From Escherichia coli (GTDB lineage Bacteria; Pseudomonadota; Gammaproteobacteria; Enterobacterales; Enterobacteriaceae), in the NCBI RefSeq assembly GCF_013122565.1, contig NZ_CP053258.1: a DNA stretch of 64,000 nt, one strand, 5' to 3'. Shown here piece by piece: positions 35,262 through 46,079 of this stretch. The position numbers and the translations under genes are program-made. The number at the start of each line of letters is the position of its first letter. The stretch's first letter is position 1. The notes beneath the pieces were generated by a model. It worked only from the letters and a program-made list of their open reading frames with translations. It was not told where the DNA came from and searched no databases.

Positions 35262-35948
35262 TTACTCTTCGCTAAACCAGTCGCTGTTTTCCTGGCGGAT
35301 CTGGCGCACGGATTCGCTGATTTCCTGCAAATGTTGCGTCATTGCACGTTCTACCGCATCGCCATCACGTTTTTGCAGGGCAGAGAAAATATCAAGATGC
35401 TGGCGTAACAGCATTTCTGGTGGAGAAACGTGGTCGAAACTCATATAGCGCACGCGATCAACGGTCGCTTTCAGGTTCTCAATGGTATCCCACGCCAGTT
35501 GACAGTCGGCAATCTGCGTCAGGAGTTGATGGAAGTTGTCATCAAGTTCAAAAAAATCATCCAGTTGCTTGCGCTCAATGGCAATGCGTTGCTGGTGAAG
35601 ATTTTGTTCCAGTTGATAGCACTGGCTTTCGGTAATCATGCTCGCCGCCCGACGCGCCACCGCGCACTCAATGGCCTGACGGATAAAACTGCCATTGCGC
35701 ACCTGGGACATGGAAATTTTGTTGACGTAGCTGCCACGCTGCGGACGAATTTGAATCAGGCCGTTTTCTGCCAGTTTAATAAAGGCTTCACGAACCGGCT
35801 GGCGTGACACATTGAAACGAACAGAAACTTCTTTTTCCGACAACGGTGTGCCTGGTGCAATCAGGCAATGGACAATGTCGCGACGAAGAATACGATAAAT
35901 CTGCTGATTGACAGGCTGTGTGGGATTAAGTTGCGTTTCGACGGTCAT
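35262..35948 (-). CDS. ydfH: GntR/FadR-family transcriptional regulator (RspR)
   Basis: 228 aa; N-terminal GntR HTH; located next to rspAB. Confidence 0.85.
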   Translation of the reverse strand: MTVETQLNPTQPVNQQIYRILRRDIVHCLIAPGTPLSEKEVSVRFNVSRQPVREAFIKLAENGLIQIRPQRGSYVNKISMSQVRNGSFIRQAIECAVARRAASMITESQCYQLEQNLHQQRIAIERKQLDDFFELDDNFHQLLTQIADCQLAWDTIENLKATVDRVRYMSFDHVSPPEMLLRQHLDIFSALQKRDGDAVERAMTQHLQEISESVRQIRQENSDWFSEE

Positions 35949-36036
35949 TCGTTCTTGCTTGTGAGTGAGTTAACTGCATGAGTCTACCACTTTTTTGTGA
36001 CAAGCAATAACCCGGCAGTTACGCCGGGTATAAAAA

Positions 36037-36783
36037 TTACTGACGGTGGACATTCAGTCCGGCATAGCTTTGGGTAACCGGCATCATTTCCAGGGTATTG
36101 ATATTGACGTGAGCAGGCAGCGTTGACACCCACCAGACGGCTTCGCTGACATCTTCTGGCGTCAATGCAACGGTATTTTGATAGGTTTTTTCCGCTTTAC
36201 TGTCATCGCCTTTAAAGCGGACATTGGAAAACTCGGTGCCACCTACCAGACCCGGTTCGATGTCGGTGACGCGCACCGCCGTACCATGCAGGTCCGTACG
36301 CAGATTCAGGCTAAACTGACGAACAAACGCTTTCGTCGCACCGTAAACGTTACCACCGGCATACGGCCAGCTACCTGCCGTTGAGCCAATGTTAATAATA
36401 TGACCATGATTACGTTCAACCATACCCGGTAAGACGGCGCGCGTCATATATACCAGGCCTTTGTTGTTGGTATCAATCATCGTTTCCCAGTCTTCAACGC
36501 TGGCTTTATGCGCAGGCTCCATGCCCAACGCCAGGCCGGCATTATTTACCAGGATATCAATATTGCTCCACTCGGCAGGGAGCGATGCCAACATCTCTTC
36601 AATAGCGGCGCGGTTGCGAACGTCCAGTTGGGCGATATACAGATTATCTCCCAGTTCGTCTTTTAACTCCTGCAACCGCTCCTGGCGACGGCCAGTGGCG
36701 ATAACTTTATGCCCTTGTTGAATAAAACGACGAGTAATGCATTCACCAAAACCTGCCGTTGCTCCAGTTACTAAAACGATCAT
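36037..36783 (-). CDS. ydfG: NADP-dependent 3-hydroxy acid dehydrogenase (SDR family)
   Basis: ORF track 36037..36798; start MIVLVTGATAGFG; 248 aa. Confidence 0.88.
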   Translation of the reverse strand: MIVLVTGATAGFGECITRRFIQQGHKVIATGRRQERLQELKDELGDNLYIAQLDVRNRAAIEEMLASLPAEWSNIDILVNNAGLALGMEPAHKASVEDWETMIDTNNKGLVYMTRAVLPGMVERNHGHIINIGSTAGSWPYAGGNVYGATKAFVRQFSLNLRTDLHGTAVRVTDIEPGLVGGTEFSNVRFKGDDSKAEKTYQNTVALTPEDVSEAVWWVSTLPAHVNINTLEMMPVTQSYAGLNVHRQ

Positions 36784-36919
36784 CTCACTGTTCCTCAACG
36801 CTTTTGTGTGTCAATAACATAGCACGTGATGCTTAAGAGCGGGTAATACTGGTTTGCAAGATTGCACTACGTTATCAGTAAGCCTACGCTATGGAACACC
36901 TCGCGTTCAGGAGAAGAAA

Positions 36920-38965
36920 ATGACAACAATGAATCCTTTCCTTGTGCAAAGCACACTGCCGTATCTGGCTCCCCATTTTGATCAAATTGCCAATCATCAC
37001 TATCGCCCGGCATTCGATGAGGGAATGCTGCAAAAGCGGGCAGAAATTACTGCCATCGCGCTTAACCCGCAAACGCCTGATTTCGACAATACTATTCTGG
37101 CAGTGGAACAAAGCGGAGAATTACTTACCCGCGTTACCAGCGTCTTTTTTGCGATGACTGCGGCGCATACCAATGATGAATTACAGCGTCTTGATGAACA
37201 GTTTTCCGCTGAACTGGCGGAACTGGCTAATGATATCTATCTGAACGGTGAATTATTCGCGCGGGTAGATGCTGTCTGGCAGCGCCGTGAATCTCTGGGG
37301 CTTGATAGTGAATCCATCCGCCTGGTGGAGGTGATTCATCAACGTTTTGTCCTTGCCGGAGCCAAACTTGCGCAAGCTGATAAAGCAAAATTAAAAGTAC
37401 TGAATACAGAAGCTGCGACCCTGACCAGCCAGTTTAACCAGCGGTTACTGGCAGCAAATAAATCCGGCGGTCTGGTTGTGAACGATATCGCGCAGCTGGC
37501 AGGAATGAGTGAGCAAGAGATTGCGCTGGCGGCAGAGGCGGCTCGCGAGAAAGGTCTGGATAACAAATGGCTGATTCCGCTGCTGAATACCACCCAACAA
37601 CCGGCGCTTGCCGAAATGCGCGATCGTGCGACGCGTGAAAAACTGTTTATTGCGGGCTGGACTCGAGCGGAAAAAAATGATGGCAATGATACCCGCGCTA
37701 TCATTCAACATCTGGTGGAGATCCGTGCACAACAGGCAACACTACTTGGTTTTCCTCATTATGCCGCATGGAAAATCGCCGATCAGATGGCAAAAACACC
37801 TGAAGCAGCACTCAACTTTATGCGGGAAATTGTTCCAGCGGCGCGTCAACGTGCGAGCGATGAATTAGCCTCCATACAGGCGGTTATCGATAAGCAGCAG
37901 GGCGGGTTTAGCGCGCAGCCGTGGGACTGGGCATTTTATGCCGAACAGGTCCGGCGGGAGAAATTTGATCTTGATGAGGCGCAGCTCAAGCCATATTTTG
38001 AATTAAACACGGTGTTGAATGAAGGTGTATTCTGGACCGCGAATCAGCTCTTCGGTATTAAGTTTGTCGAACGTTTTGATATTCCTGTCTACCATCCTGA
38101 CGTTCGAGTGTGGGAAATTTTTGATCATAATGGCGTGGGACTGGCGTTATTTTACGGTGATTTCTTCGCCCGTGATTCAAAAAGCGGCGGTGCATGGATG
38201 GGCAATTTTGTTGAGCAATCAACACTTAATGAAACGCGTCCGGTAATTTATAACGTCTGCAATTATCAGAAACCCGCTGCCGGTGAGCCTGCGTTGTTAC
38301 TCTGGGATGATGTCATAACCTTATTCCATGAATTTGGTCATACGCTGCACGGCCTCTTTGCCCGCCAGCGTTATGCCACGCTTTCCGGCACCAACACGCC
38401 GCGTGATTTTGTCGAATTTCCGTCGCAAATCAACGAACACTGGGCAACGCATCCGCAGGTATTCGCTCGCTACGCCCGGCATTATCAGAGCGGGGCAGCA
38501 ATGCCTGACGAACTGCAACAGAAAATGCGTAATGCCAGCCTGTTCAACAAAGGGTATGAGATGAGCGAACTGCTTAGCGCCGCACTTCTCGATATGCGCT
38601 GGCATTGCCTGGAAGAAAACGAAGCAATGCAGGATGTCGATGATTTTGAATTGCGGGCGCTGGTGGCGGAAAATATGGATCTTCCTGCTATACCGCCACG
38701 CTATCGCAGCAGTTATTTCGCCCATATTTTTGGTGGCGGATATGCCGCAGGTTATTACGCTTATCTATGGACGCAAATGTTGGCCGATGATGGTTACCAG
38801 TGGTTTGTTGAGCAGGGCGGATTAACGCGTGAAAATGGGCTGCGTTTTCGCGAGGCGATCCTTTCCAGAGGTAACAGCGAAGATCTGGAACGCCTGTATC
38901 GACAATGGCGCGGTAAGGCACCTCAGATTATGCCGATGCTGCAACATCGTGGCTTGAACATATAA
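36920..38965 (+). CDS. dcp: Dipeptidyl carboxypeptidase II (M3 metallopeptidase)
   Basis: ORF track 36854..38965; canonical start MTTMNPFLVQS; HEFGH zinc motif present; 681 aa. Confidence 0.92.
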   Translation: MTTMNPFLVQSTLPYLAPHFDQIANHHYRPAFDEGMLQKRAEITAIALNPQTPDFDNTILAVEQSGELLTRVTSVFFAMTAAHTNDELQRLDEQFSAELAELANDIYLNGELFARVDAVWQRRESLGLDSESIRLVEVIHQRFVLAGAKLAQADKAKLKVLNTEAATLTSQFNQRLLAANKSGGLVVNDIAQLAGMSEQEIALAAEAAREKGLDNKWLIPLLNTTQQPALAEMRDRATREKLFIAGWTRAEKNDGNDTRAIIQHLVEIRAQQATLLGFPHYAAWKIADQMAKTPEAALNFMREIVPAARQRASDELASIQAVIDKQQGGFSAQPWDWAFYAEQVRREKFDLDEAQLKPYFELNTVLNEGVFWTANQLFGIKFVERFDIPVYHPDVRVWEIFDHNGVGLALFYGDFFARDSKSGGAWMGNFVEQSTLNETRPVIYNVCNYQKPAAGEPALLLWDDVITLFHEFGHTLHGLFARQRYATLSGTNTPRDFVEFPSQINEHWATHPQVFARYARHYQSGAAMPDELQQKMRNASLFNKGYEMSELLSAALLDMRWHCLEENEAMQDVDDFELRALVAENMDLPAIPPRYRSSYFAHIFGGGYAAGYYAYLWTQMLADDGYQWFVEQGGLTRENGLRFREAILSRGNSEDLERLYRQWRGKAPQIMPMLQHRGLNI

Positions 38966-38976
38966 ACACCACCAAT

Positions 38977-39006
38977 GGCTGGCCTGGAGATATCGCCAGG
39001 CCAGCC
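38977..39006. terminator. Stem-loop between convergent dcp and ydeJ
   Basis: GGCTGGCCTGG-AGATATCG-CCAGGCCAGCC long perfect stem. Confidence 0.5.
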
Positions 39007-39009
39007 TGG

Positions 39010-39528
39010 TTATAGCAGTAATTGCAGCAGCTGGGCGAGGGCAAACCTCACCGCTAAAGCTAATACCGTTTCGCAGTCGCCAGCAAAATGCATAACCGCA
39101 GTGTAGGTCTGGCCTTTAATATGCCACGCGAACCAGACGGTACCCGCTGGCGTACCATCTTCACCGCCCTCCGGTCCGCCGTAGCCGGTAATGGCAATAC
39201 TGACATCAGCATCCGCACGCTCTATGGCACCGGTTGCCATTTCTGCTGCCACTTTCTCACTCACCGCAGAATATCGTTCAAGAGATTGCTGGCTTACGCT
39301 GAGGATTTTCATCTTTGCCTGATCGGTGAAAGTAACAAAGCCTGCACCGTAAAATTTGGGTGTATCTTCAGCTGCACACAGGGCGCTAGCCAACTTACCG
39401 CCGGTGCATGATTCGGCGGTAGTTAAGCGTAATTGATCCGCGATAAGTCTTTGACTCAACGCGGATGTCAGGTTTTCAATAGTGTCGGTATCTGCAAGTT
39501 GTACAATTTTATTTCTATTAATGTTCAC
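39010..39528 (-). CDS. ydeJ: CinA C-terminal domain-like protein
   Basis: 172 aa ORF. Confidence 0.8.
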   Translation of the reverse strand: MNINRNKIVQLADTDTIENLTSALSQRLIADQLRLTTAESCTGGKLASALCAAEDTPKFYGAGFVTFTDQAKMKILSVSQQSLERYSAVSEKVAAEMATGAIERADADVSIAITGYGGPEGGEDGTPAGTVWFAWHIKGQTYTAVMHFAGDCETVLALAVRFALAQLLQLLL

Positions 39529-39802
39529 TGTTTTTGTCCACGCTTTTATATGTAAAGGTGATTTGCTTTTTCTGTATGCTCGTCCACTATAATAATTTCA
39601 AACATATAAATCCGATTATTCTGAAAAATATGTTTAAGACTCTTCAATCTTCTTAACTTTAGTGAGTTAAATTCTCTGAATATCTGACAGTTAGTTGGCT
39701 GATTTTAAATGCCTTATAACAATTGGCAGTATTCTTATTTGGCAATTATAAAAATAGCAACCAGACTTAATAAGTCAAACCAAACGCAATTAAGGAGTTA
39801 GT

Positions 39803-40195
39803 ATGAAATTTCAGGCCATTGTATTAGCAAGTTTTCTTGTCATGCCTTATGCGTTGGCAGATGACCAGGGCGGTTTAAAACAGGATGCAGCGCCACCGCC
39901 GCCTCATGCAATAGAAGATGGCTATCGCGGAACCGATGATGCAAAAAAAATGACCGTTGATTTCGCAAAAACCATGCACGATGGCGCTTCGGTTTCACTA
40001 CGCGGTAATTTGATTTCTCATAAAGGAGAAGACCGTTACGTTTTTCGCGATAAGAGCGGTGAAATTAATGTTGTTATTCCTGCAGCAGTCTTTGACGGAC
40101 GAGAAGTTCAGCCGGACCAGATGATCAACATTAGCGGCAGTCTGGATAAGAAAAGCGCGCCGGCCGTCGTTCGGGTCACTCATTTGCAGAAATAA
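39803..40195 (+). CDS. ydeI: Periplasmic OB-fold stress protein (YgiW/BOF family)
   Basis: 130 aa with signal peptide. Confidence 0.8.
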
Positions 40196-40449
40196 AAATA
40201 AATTAGCCTGATGGCCTGAACTACTGGGCCATTTGGGTATGGGGTTATGCTATTTGTCATCCTTTTATTTGTGATAATGCAGTGGTAATTTACAGAATTA
40301 AACACTTTTTTATCCGCTGATTTTGTTTTAAATCACAATGTTATCTCAGAGATGAATCATAACTTCGGATTTCTATGAAAATATTGACGTAATTTTGCTT
40401 TTCTCTCGTTAGAATAGCGCGCACAAGGAACTGTGAAAAAGGAGTGGCA

Positions 40450-41340
40450 ATGATCAAGAAGACAACGGAAATTGATGCCATCTTGTTAAATCTCAATAAG
40501 GCTATCGATGCCCACTACCAGTGGCTGGTGAGTATGTTTCACAGCGTGGTCGCGAGAGATGCCAGTAAGCCAGAAATAACGGATAACCATTCTTATGAAC
40601 TGTGCCAGTTTGGTCGGTGGATTGATCATCTGGGGCCACTCGATAACGATGAATTACCTTACGTTCGGCTAATGGATTCTGCCCATCAACATATGCATAA
40701 CTGTGGTCGGGAATTAATGCTGGCTATTGTTGAAAATCACTGGCAGGACGCGCATTTCGACGCTTTTCAGGAAGGGTTACTTTCTTTTACTGCGGCATTA
40801 ACCGATTACAAAATTTATTTACTGACGATCCGTAGCAATATGGATGTTTTGACGGGATTGCCGGGGCGTCGGGTTCTTGATGAATCCTTTGATCATCAGT
40901 TACGCAACGCTGAGCCTCTGAATCTTTATTTAATGTTGTTGGATATTGACCGATTTAAATTGGTTAATGATACCTACGGGCATTTAATCGGCGATGTAGT
41001 ATTACGCACCCTGGCAACTTACTTAGCCAGTTGGACGCGTGATTACGAAACGGTTTATCGCTACGGGGGCGAAGAATTTATCATTATTGTCAAAGCGGCT
41101 AATGATGAAGAAGCATGTCGTGCAGGTGTCAGAATTTGCCAGTTAGTCGATAACCATGCCATCACACATTCTGAAGGGCATATCAACATTACCGTGACAG
41201 CAGGTGTGAGTCGCGCATTTCCTGAAGAGCCTCTGGATGTGGTCATTGGAAGAGCGGACCGGGCAATGTATGAGGGTAAGCAAACCGGAAGAAATCGCTG
41301 CATGTTTATTGACGAACAAAATGTGATTAACCGAGTTTAA
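40450..41340 (+). CDS. dgcZ: Zinc-sensing diguanylate cyclase DgcZ (CZB + GGDEF)
   Basis: ORF track 40444..41340; start MIKKTTEIDAILL; RYGGEEF motif; 296 aa. Confidence 0.9.
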   Translation: MIKKTTEIDAILLNLNKAIDAHYQWLVSMFHSVVARDASKPEITDNHSYELCQFGRWIDHLGPLDNDELPYVRLMDSAHQHMHNCGRELMLAIVENHWQDAHFDAFQEGLLSFTAALTDYKIYLLTIRSNMDVLTGLPGRRVLDESFDHQLRNAEPLNLYLMLLDIDRFKLVNDTYGHLIGDVVLRTLATYLASWTRDYETVYRYGGEEFIIIVKAANDEEACRAGVRICQLVDNHAITHSEGHINITVTAGVSRAFPEEPLDVVIGRADRAMYEGKQTGRNRCMFIDEQNVINRV

Positions 41341-41379
41341 GCTCCGTTTAACATTCATTGAGAAAACTGATGCTACTGT

Positions 41380-41485
41380 GTCAACGATCCGTTATCAGTG
41401 CAGGAAAATGCCTGTTAGCGTAAAAGCAAAACACAAATCTATCCATGCAAGCATTCACCGCCGGTTTACTGGCGGTTTTTTTTCG
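41380..41485 (+). ncRNA. mgrR: Probable MgrR sRNA
   Basis: About 100 nt between dgcZ stop and a plus-strand intrinsic terminator (CCGCCGG-TTTA-CTGGCGG followed by T8); position matches K-12 mgrR between dgcZ and mgtS. Ends approximate. Confidence 0.4.
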
Positions 41486-41490
41486 CCGTC

Positions 41491-41531
41491 ATAAAAATCA
41501 GGCCCCTTGTACACAACTGTAACAAGGGGCC
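41491..41531 (-). terminator. Rho-independent terminator downstream of mgtS
   Basis: GGCCCCTTGT-loop-ACAAGGGGCC 10 bp stem followed on the minus strand by a T-rich run. Confidence 0.45.
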
Positions 41532-41558
41532 GGTTAGGTGAGGGATTATCTCCGTTCA

Positions 41559-41654
41559 TTAGTCATCCCATTTGTGGCTGAAATACGCGGCCAGAAAACC
41601 AGAAAATAAAATTATTCCCAGTACGGCCATAAAAACATTCATATTACCCAGCAT
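41559..41654 (-). CDS. mgtS: Small membrane protein MgtS (YneM), 31 aa
   Basis: Manual translation MLGNMNVFMAVLGIILFSGFLAAYFSHKWDD with GGAGG RBS; too short for ORF track. Confidence 0.8.
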   Translation of the reverse strand: MLGNMNVFMAVLGIILFSGFLAAYFSHKWDD

Positions 41655-41780
41655 TATTTGCCTCCGTTTATGGTGTGGTGTGTTTCCTCGCTTACCTTAA
41701 TTTTCATCTCAATGAGAAAGATATTAGCAGAGGTAACCTAAACGAAGGCTGAATTAAATTTTTATTGTGTTCGACTTAAA

Positions 41781-42968
41781 TCAACAAAGCGCGGGCTGCC
41801 CCCACGGTCTTGCACGAATCCCTTTTAACATCAGCACCCACGCAGCAATAATCACCAACGCTAAGATGATAAACAGCGAGGAAGGCGGCAGGTTGGTTAG
41901 CACTAGGCCACTCACTAATGGGTTAATTGCGGCACCAAGCCAGCCTAAAGACTGGGCGGAAAAATAGCTGGCTTTCATTCCTGGCGGCGCAATATGGTCA
42001 ATCAACATATACTCGCCCGGCGCATAAATGATTTCACCGACAGTAAATACCGCAGCTGACATACCCCACAATAGCAGGCTGTTGCCGGAAAAAATAAAAC
42101 CGACCAGTCCGATGACGAAACAGAGGGTGCCTGCTGTCATCAGCGCGCGGATGTTAGCCGGGTTAAGGCGGCGGCCCACGGAATATTGCAATGTAACCAC
42201 CATGGCAGCATTCACCGGAAGAACAACCGCGACCACCTTTTCGGCAAAATCCCCATCAGCAATCACCATCACATATTGTGAAATGCATGAAGCAAATGCG
42301 CCGCTAACAAAAGAAGCCAGAAAACCAGAGCAGGTAAACCACAACAGTGCTTTATCTTGTAATAAAACTTTCGGCGACCAGACACTGCCTGTTTCCGTGG
42401 CGATGATTTTCTCGCTGCGCTTTACCCATATTTGAATGAAAAGCATGGGGAACGCGGAACAGATAGCTGCCAGCCAGAAGGGCAGATTGATGCTCTGCAT
42501 CACCAACAGCGTGCCGAGCGGCGGACCGATGGTCCAGCCAATGTTTAGCATGGTGTAGTTAATTGAGAAGATTTTCGTTTTGCTGGTGGACGAAAGATTG
42601 TCGGCAAACCAGGCTTTCAACACGGTAGCAAAAACGGAATAGGCGCAGTTAATGAGGGCAAAAAAGAGCACCACCAGCGTCACGTTATTCACTAAAGGAA
42701 TGGCAATAAAACCGCTGGCGAAGGCGGTAATTGCCAGTAACATATAGCGTTTCTTGTCGAACTTATCCGCCAGGATACCAAAACCGAGGCTAAAAACGAC
42801 GCCAATAGTGAGCGCAATTGTCATCGCATAACCGATTAGATCGACACTCAGGCTGTACTGGCGACTCAAGTAAATGGTCATAAATGGCAGCGTAGCGCCG
42901 CGTCCGATGGTTAATAACAACGACGAGGCAAGAAGGGCGCTGGTAGAGCGTCGTAGGGATAAGTTCAT
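41781..42968 (-). CDS. ydeE: MFS efflux transporter YdeE
   Basis: 395 aa 12-TM ORF. Confidence 0.85.
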   Translation of the reverse strand: MNLSLRRSTSALLASSLLLTIGRGATLPFMTIYLSRQYSLSVDLIGYAMTIALTIGVVFSLGFGILADKFDKKRYMLLAITAFASGFIAIPLVNNVTLVVLFFALINCAYSVFATVLKAWFADNLSSTSKTKIFSINYTMLNIGWTIGPPLGTLLVMQSINLPFWLAAICSAFPMLFIQIWVKRSEKIIATETGSVWSPKVLLQDKALLWFTCSGFLASFVSGAFASCISQYVMVIADGDFAEKVVAVVLPVNAAMVVTLQYSVGRRLNPANIRALMTAGTLCFVIGLVGFIFSGNSLLLWGMSAAVFTVGEIIYAPGEYMLIDHIAPPGMKASYFSAQSLGWLGAAINPLVSGLVLTNLPPSSLFIILALVIIAAWVLMLKGIRARPWGQPALC

Positions 42969-43162
42969 TTGTCTGTCCGGCAGTGCGTTTCGTTATGTTT
43001 TGTTTTAGAGATGTAAAGAAATAGCATGGCAAAAATCCGAAGTATAGCGACTTATTTGCGCATTAATGCCGTCGTAATCGGCGACTAACGAATCAACTGT
43101 TAAAGAAAAGTAAATTCAGCTAAGTTGATTGCTTACAAAAGATGAAATTCAGAGGCGGTAGA

Positions 43163-44059
43163 ATGTCGCGAAAAGATGGGGTGTTGGCGCTACTGGTAGT
43201 GGTCGTATGGGGGCTAAATTTTGTGGTCATCAAAGTGGGGCTTCATAACATGCCACCGCTGATGCTGGCCGGTTTGCGCTTTATGCTGGTCGCTTTTCCG
43301 GCCATCTTTTTTGTCGCACGACCGAAAGTACCACTGAATTTGCTGCTGGGGTATGGATTAACCATCAGCTTTGCGCAGTTTGCCTTTCTGTTCTGCGCCA
43401 TTAACTTTGGTATGCCTGCTGGACTGGCTTCGCTGGTGTTACAGGCACAGGCGTTTTTTACTATCGTGCTTGGCGCGTTTACTTTCGGTGAGCGACTGCA
43501 TGGCAAACAATTGGCGGGGATCGCCTTAGCGATTTTTGGCGTACTGGTGTTAATCGAAGATAGTCTGAACGGTCAGCATGTGGCGATGCTCGGCTTTATG
43601 TTGACCCTGGCGGCAGCATTTAGTTGGGCGTGCGGCAACATCTTCAATAAAAAGATCATGTCGCACTCAACGCGTCCGGCGGTGATGTCGCTGGTAATCT
43701 GGAGCGCATTAATCCCAATCATTCCCTTCTTTGTTGCTTCGCTGATTCTCGATGGTTCCGCAACCATGATTCACAGTCTGGTTACTATCGATATGACCAC
43801 CATCTTGTCTCTGATGTATCTGGCGTTTGTGGCGACAATTGTTGGTTATGGGATCTGGGGAACACTACTTGGACGCTATGAAACCTGGCGGGTTGCACCG
43901 TTATCGTTACTGGTGCCCGTAGTAGGACTGGCAAGTGCGGCACTATTGTTGGATGAACGCTTAACGGGTCTGCAATTTTTCGGTGCGGTGCTCATTATGA
44001 CCGGGCTGTATATCAATGTATTTGGCTTGCGGTGGCGTAAAGCGGTAAAGGTGGGTTAA
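43163..44059 (+). CDS. eamA: Cysteine/O-acetylserine exporter EamA (DMT family)
   Basis: ORF track 43142..44059; start MSRKDGVLALLVVVVWGLNF; 299 aa. Confidence 0.88.
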   Translation: MSRKDGVLALLVVVVWGLNFVVIKVGLHNMPPLMLAGLRFMLVAFPAIFFVARPKVPLNLLLGYGLTISFAQFAFLFCAINFGMPAGLASLVLQAQAFFTIVLGAFTFGERLHGKQLAGIALAIFGVLVLIEDSLNGQHVAMLGFMLTLAAAFSWACGNIFNKKIMSHSTRPAVMSLVIWSALIPIIPFFVASLILDGSATMIHSLVTIDMTTILSLMYLAFVATIVGYGIWGTLLGRYETWRVAPLSLLVPVVGLASAALLLDERLTGLQFFGAVLIMTGLYINVFGLRWRKAVKVG

Positions 44060-44089
44060 TAAGCCCCGAGATGTCGGGGCCAGAACAAA

Positions 44090-44308
44090 CTACATAGCGT
44101 GTTGATTATAATAGGGCACGCCGAGCGCATCCGACTTATCACTGCCAGTACCCATGTGATTTAAATCAAACGGTGGTTGTTCCTGCGATGGGGGAACAAC
44201 CACGACATTGGCACAGGAAGTAACAACTGGCTGCGTGGTTTGTTCCGCAACGCCCTGCGCGGAAAAGAGAATAAGCGCAGCTGCTATTGCGGATAAAAGT
44301 GGTTTCAT
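44090..44308 (-). CDS. marB: Multiple antibiotic resistance protein MarB
   Basis: 72 aa with signal peptide; downstream of marA. Confidence 0.9.
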   Translation of the reverse strand: MKPLLSAIAAALILFSAQGVAEQTTQPVVTSCANVVVVPPSQEQPPFDLNHMGTGSDKSDALGVPYYNQHAM

Positions 44309-44339
44309 GATTGCCTCAGTGACGTTGTCACGTTATCAA

Positions 44340-44729
44340 CTAGCTGTTGTAATGATTTAATGGATGTAAAAAGCGCGATTCGCCCTGCATATTGGTCATC
44401 CGGTATTTATGCGGCGGAACATCAAAGTAATTTTTGAAGGTTCGGGTCAGAGTTTGTTGCGACTCGAAGCCATATCGTTCTGCCAGATAGAGTATCGGCT
44501 CGTTACTTTCCTTCAGCTTTTGCGCGATTTCCGTCATCTTACGGCTGCGGATGTATTGGCCTAATGAATGACCGGTTTCTTTTTTAAACATCCGTTGCAG
44601 GTGCCATTTAGAGTAACCCGAACGCTCTGACACTTTCTCCAGTGACAGTGGCGATTCCAGGTTGTCCTCGATCCAGTCCAAAATGCTATGAATGGTAATA
44701 GCGTCAGTATTGCGTCTGGACATCGTCAT
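44340..44729 (-). CDS. marA: AraC/XylS-family transcriptional activator MarA
   Basis: Translation [24 protein letters not shown]; canonical protein may start at the second Met (44723). Confidence 0.92.
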
Positions 44730-44743
44730 ACCTCTTTTTTTGT

Positions 44744-45178
44744 TTACGGCAGGACTTTCTTAAGCAAATGCTCAAGTGTTGCCACTTCGTCCGCCGTCAG
44801 GTTTTTTGTTAATTCTTGGTGCAGGTCCTGGCCAACTAATTGATGGCATTGTTCACATATTGCCGCGCCGCTGGTGGTAAGTTTTACCAGTACGCCGCGC
44901 TTATCATTCGGGTTCGGCAACCTTTCCACCCAGCCTTTACAGACCAGGCGATCCAGCATACGGGTCAGTGCTCCAAGGTCGACCGACAACACTTTTTTCA
45001 GTTCAACCGGAGTAATACACGCCGCGCAGCGGATAGAGCAGAGCACCTTAAACTGTGCCGCGGTAATATCCAGCGGAGACAGATACTCGTTAAGCAGGCG
45101 ATCTTTCTTCTGATTAACCATATGGATTAAGCGACCCAATGGAATAATTTCATTGAACAGATCGCTGGTACTTTTCAC
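44744..45178 (-). CDS. marR: Repressor MarR
   Basis: 144 aa; translation [33 protein letters not shown]. Confidence 0.92.
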
Positions 45179-45179
45179 A

Positions 45180-45277
45180 TTAGTTGCCCTGGCAAGTAAT
45201 TAGTTGCAGAGGATAATATTGCCCAGGCAAGTATAAGTCAAATGAATGAATTGACCGATGCCACGTTTTGCTAAATC
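45180..45277 (-). promoter_or_regulatory. marO operator/promoter: MarR sites II and I, -35 hexamer, and marbox
   Basis: Read on the mar strand: ATTACTTGCCAGGGCAACTAA (site II, about 45180-45200), TACTTGCCTGGGCAATATTAT (site I, about 45213-45233), TTGACT -35 (45236-45241), GATTTAGCAAAACGTGGCATCGGTC marbox (about 45253-45277). Confidence 0.8.
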
Positions 45278-45389
45278 GGTTCAAGTTTTGGTCAATGCGA
45301 TGCAAGGTTAGCTAAAGAGTGACACTTTATCCTTCTTTACCCCTTATACTTTTCGCTGATAACCCAGATACACAGGATAACAACCACCA

Positions 45390-46055
45390 ATGTTAGATTT
45401 GTTTAAAGCAATTGGCCTGGGGCTGGTGGTGTTACTGCCGTTAGCTAACCCATTAACAACTGTCGCGTTATTTCTTGGCCTGGCAGGCAACATGAACAGT
45501 GCCGAACGTAATCGTCAGTCGTTGATGGCCTCGGTGTACGTCTTTGCCATCATGATGGTGGCGTATTACGCCGGGCAACTGGTGATGGATACATTTGGCA
45601 TTTCGATTCCCGGTCTGCGAATTGCAGGCGGCTTAATCGTCGCGTTTATCGGTTTTCGGATGCTTTTTCCGCAACAGAAAGCGATTGATTCACCGGAGGC
45701 GAAAAGCAAGTCGGAAGAGCTGGAAGATGAACCCAGTGCCAATATTGCCTTTGTGCCACTGGCAATGCCAAGTACCGCCGGTCCGGGAACCATAGCGATG
45801 ATTATTAGCTCTGCGTCCACAGTGCGTCAGAGTTCAACCTTCGCTGATTGGGTACTGATGGTTGCGCCGCCGCTGATCTTTTTCCTTGTGGCGGTTATTT
45901 TGTGGGGAAGTCTACGCAGCTCTGGCGCAATTATGCGGCTGGTGGGTAAGGGGGGCATTGAAGCGATCTCCCGTCTGATGGGATTTCTGCTGGTATGTAT
46001 GGGGGTGCAGTTTATTATTAACGGCATCCTGGAAATCATTAAAACGTACCACTAA
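45390..46055 (+). CDS. marC: MarC-family inner membrane protein (UPF0056)
   Basis: 221 aa; divergent from marRAB. Confidence 0.9.
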   Translation: MLDLFKAIGLGLVVLLPLANPLTTVALFLGLAGNMNSAERNRQSLMASVYVFAIMMVAYYAGQLVMDTFGISIPGLRIAGGLIVAFIGFRMLFPQQKAIDSPEAKSKSEELEDEPSANIAFVPLAMPSTAGPGTIAMIISSASTVRQSSTFADWVLMVAPPLIFFLVAVILWGSLRSSGAIMRLVGKGGIEAISRLMGFLLVCMGVQFIINGILEIIKTYH

Positions 46056-46079
46056 AAAAGGCCCGAATGGGCCTTTCAA

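Noticed and set aside
41345-41362. PhoP box call (CGTTTA-N5-CATTGA) immediately upstream of the putative mgrR
   Set aside because: The second half-site matches the consensus poorly; kept only as a hypothesis in the findings, not annotated as a feature.
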